Shown here: positions 1-5,461 of the stretch, piece after piece
How the letters are laid out: each line of letters opens with the position of its first letter
Numbering within the stretch: the first letter of the stretch is position 1
Origin: Pseudomonadota bacterium
Lineage (GTDB): Bacteria > Bdellovibrionota_B > Oligoflexia > Oligoflexales > RGVZ01
DNA: 10,766 nucleotides
Assembly: GCA_041178085.1 (NCBI GenBank)
Contig: JBEGVZ010000010.1
Location: forward strand, 1 to 10,766
Reading direction: 5' to 3'
The notes under the pieces: generated by a model
What the model was told of the DNA's origin: nothing
The model's input: only the letters and a program-made list of their open reading frames with translations
Databases searched by the model: none
Made by a program: the position numbers and the translations under genes

Positions 1-405
1 ATTTTTAGCTTTGCCATCGCCATGTTGTTAAGCTGGGCGCTGGGCAGTCTGGCGGATGCCTATTCAAACCTGGGCGGGACTGATGAGGATGTGGCGGCGA
101 CCTACCGGGTTCTTGAATTCACCCGCATAGGTGCTTTGGTGTTGTTGATCGGCCAGGTTTTTGCCTCGGTGGTCACTGCGGTCGTCACAACCCATCGCAT
201 GGTCGGCCCGACAGTGGCGTTCCGTCAGGCGATCCGTTCGATGATCGACGGCCAGTACGGGCGCAAATTGACCCTCCGCCCGGGTGACGCCTTCAATGAA
301 ATTGCCGATGACTTGAACACGCTTTCGACCAAGCTTGCGCAGCGTCAGGTTGGAAACACGGGGTCCAATGCTGGTTCTGGCAGATACGAAGCTGTGAACT
401 CCTGA
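1..405 (+). CDS. Membrane protein with C-terminal HAMP-like domain and no output domain (5' truncated)
   Basis: The frame is open from base 1 (IFSFAIAMLLSW...). A hydrophobic helix (IGALVLLIGQVFASVVTAVVTT) is followed by HRMVGP...IRSMIDGQY...LTLRPGDAFNEIADDLNTL, which fits the HAMP pattern. The TGA stop at 403-405 is followed by a terminator. Confidence 0.8.
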   Translation: MFSFAIAMLLSWALGSLADAYSNLGGTDEDVAATYRVLEFTRIGALVLLIGQVFASVVTAVVTTHRMVGPTVAFRQAIRSMIDGQYGRKLTLRPGDAFNEIADDLNTLSTKLAQRQVGNTGSNAGSGRYEAVNS

Positions 406-423
406 ACAGACGCGGTCAATTAC

Positions 424-455
424 CCCCATCCGTTGTGGACGGATGGGGTTTTTTT
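424..455 (+). terminator. Rho-independent terminator
   Basis: Perfect 10-bp stem CCCCATCCGT (424-433) / ACGGATGGGG (439-448) with a 5-nt loop, followed by T7 (449-455). It starts 18 nt after the stop codon. Confidence 0.93.
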
Positions 456-694
456 CTTTGAATTCTGGGAGATGACTCGGGCTTCCCGGCTGTTCTGGTA
501 CCGGATTAGTGGTGGAATCCCCTCATTCACGCTGAATTGCAGGATGTCATCTGCCTCCAATGACTGCTGCCACGGAGTGGTTTAATGTCCTCACCTGTCA
601 CAGCGCTGTGCGATAAGGCGTCTGCCTGACGGCAAGCGGCCTGCCTGTCCGCTTTGATGGACGTCATCCAGCTGGCGGGATTCGCCGGTCGGGA

Positions 695-733
695 CGACGA
701 TTTCAGGTAATAATATTGGCCAATTAGTGAGGG
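695..733 (+). promoter_or_regulatory. Putative promoter/operator and RBS of the XRE gene
   Basis: -10-like TAATAAT/TAATAT (708-716) overlaps the palindrome ATTGGCCAAT (715-724). SD GAGGG (729-733) precedes ATG 739. The motif CGACGATTTC lies at 695-704. No convincing -35 is present. Confidence 0.45.
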
Positions 734-738
734 CATCC

Positions 739-1077
739 ATGGTCATCAAAAATCGTAACAACGTGGTGATTGAATTCCGGCGAAATCTGGAGTCGATCAT
801 GAAGGATCGGGGTTTGTCTCTGCAAGACATCGCCCGCATGGCGGGCGTTTCGAAAAGCGTTGCCCACAGTTGGACTGCGGGTGCCGTTCCGCAGAACCTT
901 CCAGCGGTGGCCCGTTTGGCTGATGAGCTTGGAATATCCTTCAAGGTCCTTCTTCTTGGCGAGCAAGACAACCATGTTCAGGGGTTTTCCCCGGAGCATG
1001 TTTTTGACATGCAGGATGTGTTTGACGGATTGTGTGTCCTCAGTATCAAACGGGTAGTTCCAAAGGGCGGCAAGTAG
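739..1077 (+). CDS. XRE/Cro-C1 family helix-turn-helix transcriptional regulator (112 aa)
   Basis: NLESIMKDRGLSLQDIARMAGVSKSVAHSWTAGAVP...VARLADELGISFKVLLLG is a typical HTH_3/XRE pattern. ATG 739 is preferred over GTG 727 because GAGGG lies 5 nt upstream. There is a short C-terminal tail (FDMQDVFDGLCVLSIKRVVP) and no S24 peptidase domain. Confidence 0.9.
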   Translation: MVIKNRNNVVIEFRRNLESIMKDRGLSLQDIARMAGVSKSVAHSWTAGAVPQNLPAVARLADELGISFKVLLLGEQDNHVQGFSPEHVFDMQDVFDGLCVLSIKRVVPKGGK

Positions 1078-1110
1078 AGACTCGTCGTCAAATTTTTCGG
1101 TAACAAAAAA

Positions 1111-2112
1111 TCACTTCGTTTTGTAAGCCTTGTGCACTTGCTGAGATTCATTGCGGATCATTTCAATCAGCGAATCAGGTTTCGTAACCCGCGCGTTCTT
1201 TCCAAAACCCAGAACCCACCGCGCAAGTTCCAGGTTCACCTGACAGTGCAGGCGTAATTCAACGGAACCGTCATCCCGATACGTGATGTGTTGGCTGGCA
1301 TGCCACATCCTTTCACCAATATACAGGGCGATATGCCGGGAGAATTCAATGGTCACTTCCTCTGGGGTTGACAGGTCGCTGAAGACGCCGAAGGCGTCCT
1401 TGAAATATTCTTCAGGCGTCGAGATCTTGCCTTCGTATGGTTCTTCCGTCATCTCCGCTGATTGGAAGCGTGGTGCACTGAAGACCTTGATTTTCCTGTC
1501 CTCCAGGTCCTCGCCGACCAGGTAAAGCGCGCCTTTTGCGAAGTAGATGTAATGGGGTCCGATCTTTCTCTGGCGTATGGTCCCGCTACTGGCTGACTGG
1601 TATATTCCCTGCACGACCTGACGCTCAGCCGTGGCTGCACGCAGCGTATCAACGATCTCGTGATTGATTCCAAGTCCCCAGCGAGGACCAGAGTCAAATT
1701 TGAATCCTTGTCGCATTTCGTTCAAGTGCTCGCGGGATGCCTTGCCCAGTTTATCAGCGATCTTACTGAACAATCCTTGCAAGTCATCGTGAAAAGGTGT
1801 GTTCGCAAGTGGAAGCATCGCGCCCTGTGCCAGATAAAGAGCAAGGATTTCGTTGGGCGAAAGGGCGAGGTAGCTGGCAATCTGGGCGGCATTTTCCAGA
1901 CGTATCCGCTGCGGTGAACCTTCGTCCCGGACGATGGGAAATCCCGCAGTTTCCAGTGCTTCGACATCGCGGTAGACAGTCCGTTTCTGTACTTCGTAAC
2001 CGCGTTCGATGAGTTGACTTTCAATTTCTTTGACGGTCATTCCGAGCCGGCTGGATTGCAGGATTGAAAGTACCTGGAAGATACGTGCGACTTGCATGTT
2101 GCGATTTTCCAT
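1111..2112 (-). CDS. WYL-domain transcriptional regulator (wHTH-WYL-WCX; PafB/PafC/DriD-like)
   Basis: N-terminal wHTH (MTVKEIESQL...KRTVYRDVEALETAGFPI), then LSPNEILAL, a WYL region (RKIGPHYIYFAKGALYLVGED...KVFSAPRF) and a WCX region (YIGERMWHASQ...ELARWVLGFGKNARVTKPDSL). The start is ATG 2112 (GGTGG SD), with GTG 2121 as an alternative. Confidence 0.93.
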   Translation of the reverse strand: MENRNMQVARIFQVLSILQSSRLGMTVKEIESQLIERGYEVQKRTVYRDVEALETAGFPIVRDEGSPQRIRLENAAQIASYLALSPNEILALYLAQGAMLPLANTPFHDDLQGLFSKIADKLGKASREHLNEMRQGFKFDSGPRWGLGINHEIVDTLRAATAERQVVQGIYQSASSGTIRQRKIGPHYIYFAKGALYLVGEDLEDRKIKVFSAPRFQSAEMTEEPYEGKISTPEEYFKDAFGVFSDLSTPEEVTIEFSRHIALYIGERMWHASQHITYRDDGSVELRLHCQVNLELARWVLGFGKNARVTKPDSLIEMIRNESQQVHKAYKTK

Positions 2113-2126
2113 CGGGGCCACCTACC

Positions 2127-2140
2127 CTAAGTGAACTTAG
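2127..2140. promoter_or_regulatory. Inverted repeat just upstream of the WYL gene (possible autoregulatory operator)
   Basis: CTAAGT-GA-ACTTAG, with perfect 6-bp arms, adjacent to the WYL ribosome-binding region. Confidence 0.35.
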
Positions 2141-2240
2141 CACCTCTTTCGCTTCGGAAATCGTCGCGCTGGCTCGAGTCCCCCGGGCAGCCTCTACAAT
2201 TTCCCTCCCGGCGCTCGTCTAAAAATTCAATAAATACAGA

Positions 2241-2273
2241 TATTTGCGTATCCAATCGGAATATTCGCAAATA
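2241..2273. promoter_or_regulatory. Inverted repeat in the divergent WYL/lipoprotein spacer (candidate operator or leader hairpin)
   Basis: TATTTGCG (2241-2248)-N17-CGCAAATA (2266-2273) has perfect 8-bp arms and an inner TCC-AATC-GGA. It sits in an AT-rich patch downstream of a -10-like TACAAT at about 2195-2200. Confidence 0.5.
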
Positions 2274-2319
2274 GCCACTCTTGATTTCCGACCACTCTCC
2301 CGCTTTCAGGGAGGTGACC

Positions 2320-3759
2320 ATGAAGCACATTAGAGGATGGATTCGAAAGTCGTTTGCGGGCATCGCGGCAGCGATCGTTGGCGGTTGCTCGCAGGTGGAA
2401 ACGATGGAGCAGTTACGCACCGTCGTGCCGGATATTCAGACTGAATCTGACGCCACGGCGTCGCCTTGGGACAAGGAACTTCAAGATAGCTTGAATGAAG
2501 ACACCCGCGATCCCGGGTTCGATGCTGCGCAGTTCGGAGAGGATTTTGGTAGTCGTGATCGCGAAACTCCTTTTGTGCCTGGTGCTCCTGAAGTCAATGA
2601 TCCAGTGGATTTGGAAGAATTTACCCTTCTTGACTTCGAATCTTCCGAGCTTCAAGACGGGGCATGGGTCAAGCGCCAGCCACGTGGGACGGCTCATACT
2701 TTTGTCGGGCCGAAAGGTGATAGTGGCAAGGATCTGTTGTCCCTTGCTCCGGGCGAGGGTCGCAGAGGCAGCACTGCATTGCTGGTTGAGTCACCAGACA
2801 AGGCGGCAGGCTTGCCAGGTTTCTGGGTAATGCGGGGCCTTGGCGCCGGTTATGGCAATGCGACGGACCGGCGCGGATACTTTTTGCCAGAGGGAAAGCG
2901 CGCCAATCAAGTCGAGTTCTGGGTTCGCTTTCAACGTGGTTTCCGCGCGAAGGCTTCGTCATCTCCCACGATCACTTATCCCAATCATCTGAATTTCATT
3001 TTTGGCACATATCATTTCGACCCAAGGAAAATTGGCGGAGGGACGCCGGTCAAGGAGTCGGACAACTGGCATTTTTATCACCAGATATTTGTCCGTCACG
3101 ATCGCGCAGACGTTGACTGGATCCGTGTGGTGTTGAACGAGGTGCCTCAACACCAGCGCGGCATTTCTGCGGTGCCTGCGGTCAATCCGACCATGCCAGC
3201 AGGAAACTATTACGAGATCATGACCCGCTTCTATATCGATTCGCATCGATATTTTGCTGATCCAGAAATCGAGTACCCGGTGAAAATGTGGGTCGACGAC
3301 ATCAAGTTCCGGTATGTGCCACCCCAGCACAAGATTGCCGCCGCATTCGATGGCTACCAGAACGGCGCTTCGGTGAATGTATCAGCCTCAGGGGAAAAGA
3401 GTTTTGCATTCACGCTCATGAACTACGGCGACTCTGATGTAGAGGTACGAGTCGCTCCGACCATGGGTGCCCAGGTCAAAAATAGCATTGTCGATCAATC
3501 CGGGGCCGTCATGCGTAACGTCACGATCCCGGCAGGTGGAACGGTGCCGGGGCGGATGTTGCTCAACTTTGAGCCTGGAACTTCAATGCAAAGATCGTTC
3601 GGGATCTCGGCAGTTCCTCTGGAGCAGATCCTGAGCGATTCCACCAGTAACCATCGTTCCCTGACCGATGGCAATGTCGAGAAACGTTGGAATAACGGTC
3701 CGGGACCCAACGATGCCGAGGCCAAGGGGGCATTCCTGCGGATTGCAGTGACCCCTTGA
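2320..3759 (+). CDS. Uncharacterised lipoprotein (479 aa): acidic linker, putative beta-sandwich/jelly-roll domain, C-terminal Ig-like domain
   Basis: Strong SD GGGAGGTG (2309-2316) before ATG 2320. Signal peptide MKHIRGWIRKSFAGIAAAIVGG|C carries a lipobox. A D/E-rich segment follows, then LLDFES...VEFWVRF...WIRVVL...MWVDDIKF (a pattern resembling carbohydrate-binding jelly rolls), then FTLMNYGDSDVEVRV...VTIPAGGT (Ig-like). Confidence 0.8.
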   Translation: MKHIRGWIRKSFAGIAAAIVGGCSQVETMEQLRTVVPDIQTESDATASPWDKELQDSLNEDTRDPGFDAAQFGEDFGSRDRETPFVPGAPEVNDPVDLEEFTLLDFESSELQDGAWVKRQPRGTAHTFVGPKGDSGKDLLSLAPGEGRRGSTALLVESPDKAAGLPGFWVMRGLGAGYGNATDRRGYFLPEGKRANQVEFWVRFQRGFRAKASSSPTITYPNHLNFIFGTYHFDPRKIGGGTPVKESDNWHFYHQIFVRHDRADVDWIRVVLNEVPQHQRGISAVPAVNPTMPAGNYYEIMTRFYIDSHRYFADPEIEYPVKMWVDDIKFRYVPPQHKIAAAFDGYQNGASVNVSASGEKSFAFTLMNYGDSDVEVRVAPTMGAQVKNSIVDQSGAVMRNVTIPAGGTVPGRMLLNFEPGTSMQRSFGISAVPLEQILSDSTSNHRSLTDGNVEKRWNNGPGPNDAEAKGAFLRIAVTP

Positions 3760-3830
3760 CCTGGCTGAGGGTTACTGCGCTGCTGGAGGCTTGATGATGT
3801 TGTCGTTATGACCTTGAAAAATGAAGGTTC

Positions 3831-5459
3831 TTGAATGATTCTGACTCGGTGGAAACGCCGTTGAAAAATCTCAAGAGCCTGCTCGATTTTCGCTTTTCGG
3901 CTGACTTTGTTGACAGCCTGCCGGGCGACCCGGTTCGCGGTAACCAGACGCGGCAGGTTGAGGGGGCATGTTATTCCCTCGTGGAAGCAACTCCGGTCGC
4001 GGCCCCGCGTCTCATTGGTTGGTCATCGGTGATGGGTCAGACGCTTGGCATTTTGCCCCCCGGACCGCAGGATGCGGGTGCTTATGCTGCCGTCCTGACC
4101 GGAAATGAAATACTGCCTGGCATGAAACCAAGCTCGGCCCGGTACGGGGGCCATCAGTTTGGCCATTGGGCAGGTCAGCTTGGAGATGGCCGGGCAATCA
4201 CTTTGGGTGAAATTCAAGACCCGGCAGGCGATTCCTGGGAGATCCAGTTGAAAGGGGCAGGGGTTACCCCTTATTCCCGGCACGCAGACGGGCGGGCGGT
4301 GCTGCGTTCTTCGCTACGCGAATACCTGTGCAGTGAGGCCATGCACCATCTTGGTATCCCGACAACGCGGGCACTCGCACTGTGTCTGACCGGGGAAAAA
4401 GTGATCCGGGACATGTTTTATGACGGCAATCCCGAGGAAGAGCCGGGCGCCATCACGACGCGCGTGGCGCCTTCATTCCTCAGGTTTGGCAACTTTCAAA
4501 TTCTAGATGCCGGGCAAGAACACGATAATTTGAGGGTGCTGGCTGATTACGCAATTTCCCGATTTTTTTCGGGTTTCGAGTCAGCTGGTGCGGAAAAATA
4601 TTCGCGATGGTTCGAAGAAATTTGTCGCCGGACCGCCAACTTGATCGTGGATTGGCAGCGGGTCGGTTTTGTGCATGGCGTCATGAACACGGACAACATG
4701 TCGATTCTGGGGCTTACCATTGATTATGGCCCCTACGGGTGGCTGGAGGGTTACGACCCGATGTGGACGCCCAACACCACCGACGCGCGCGGGCGGCGGT
4801 ACTGTTACGGGCGCCAACCGCAGATTGCCATGTGGAACCTGGCCCGTTTTGGCGAGGCGATTTTACCGCTTTTGTCGGGTAATCAGGCTGAGGAAGCGGT
4901 GCAGGCCGGTCTGGCTGCATACCAAGAGTCATTCAGTCATGGTTATCGTCAAATGCTGGCGTCGAAGCTCGGGCTTTCGGCTCTGCACGATCGTGGCGAC
5001 ATCGAACTCGCACATGATTTTCTTGGCCTTCTGGCAGAGGTCGAAACGGACATGACCATTGCGTTCCGTTGCTTGATGCGGATCGATCCTGCAGCGCCGG
5101 ACGTGTCTGTGTTCACGGATGCTTTTTACAATCCTGGTGACATCTCCCCGGCTCATCGTCACGAATGGCAGGATTGGTTGAAGCGTTATGCAACAAGACT
5201 TGGCAATGACAAGCTTGAACCTGCGGAACGCATGGCCAGGATGACGGCAGCCAACCCGAATTTTGTCCTGCGCAACTATCTGGCCCAGGAGGCGATTGAT
5301 GAGATCGTCTCGACGGGGAGTACTGCCAAGACTGAAACTCTGATGATGTTGCTGCAAAAACCCTATGCGGATTGGCCCGATCACGCGGAATTCCTCAAGA
5401 AGCGCCCCGAATGGGCGCGCCACCGTGCGGGGTGTTCAGCTTTGTCTTGCAGTTCCTGA
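3831..5459 (+). CDS. selO: Protein adenylyltransferase SelO/YdiU (pseudokinase AMPylase)
   Basis: Family motifs RYGGHQFG..AGQLGDGRA, EIQLKGAG.TPYSR.ADGRAVLRSSLREYL, APSFLRFG.F, GFVHGVMNTDN, TIDYGPYG, NP.FVLRNYLAQ and C-terminal CSALSCSS. The start is uncertain (TTG 3831 or TTG 3861). Confidence 0.96.
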   Translation: MNDSDSVETPLKNLKSLLDFRFSADFVDSLPGDPVRGNQTRQVEGACYSLVEATPVAAPRLIGWSSVMGQTLGILPPGPQDAGAYAAVLTGNEILPGMKPSSARYGGHQFGHWAGQLGDGRAITLGEIQDPAGDSWEIQLKGAGVTPYSRHADGRAVLRSSLREYLCSEAMHHLGIPTTRALALCLTGEKVIRDMFYDGNPEEEPGAITTRVAPSFLRFGNFQILDAGQEHDNLRVLADYAISRFFSGFESAGAEKYSRWFEEICRRTANLIVDWQRVGFVHGVMNTDNMSILGLTIDYGPYGWLEGYDPMWTPNTTDARGRRYCYGRQPQIAMWNLARFGEAILPLLSGNQAEEAVQAGLAAYQESFSHGYRQMLASKLGLSALHDRGDIELAHDFLGLLAEVETDMTIAFRCLMRIDPAAPDVSVFTDAFYNPGDISPAHRHEWQDWLKRYATRLGNDKLEPAERMARMTAANPNFVLRNYLAQEAIDEIVSTGSTAKTETLMMLLQKPYADWPDHAEFLKKRPEWARHRAGCSALSCSS

Positions 5460-5461
5460 CC

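Noticed and set aside
472..710. Small ORFs in the spacer (472-585 MTRASRLFW..., 585-629, 657-710, and minus-strand 527-736)
   Set aside because: They have no recognisable motifs and mostly poor SD spacing. They cannot be supported without ribosome profiling or conservation data.
1078..1110. Bidirectional terminator between the XRE and WYL genes
   Set aside because: Only T5/A6 tracts are present, with no GC-rich stem.
2281..2319. TTG 2281 start for the lipoprotein
   Set aside because: ATG 2320 has a strong SD and gives a normal-length signal peptide.
406..2319. CRISPR array, retron, prophage immunity region or defence effector linked to the WYL gene
   Set aside because: There are no regularly spaced repeats and no cas, reverse transcriptase, nuclease, integrase or divergent Cro gene in the window.
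3811..3828. ACCTT/AAGGT hairpin over the putative selO SD
   Set aside because: The stem is only 5 bp and the selO start itself is uncertain, so it is too weak to call regulatory.
5372..5461. ORF-track N-terminal extension of the ATPase
   Set aside because: It overlaps the conserved selO C-terminus. Family similarity begins after ATG 5462.
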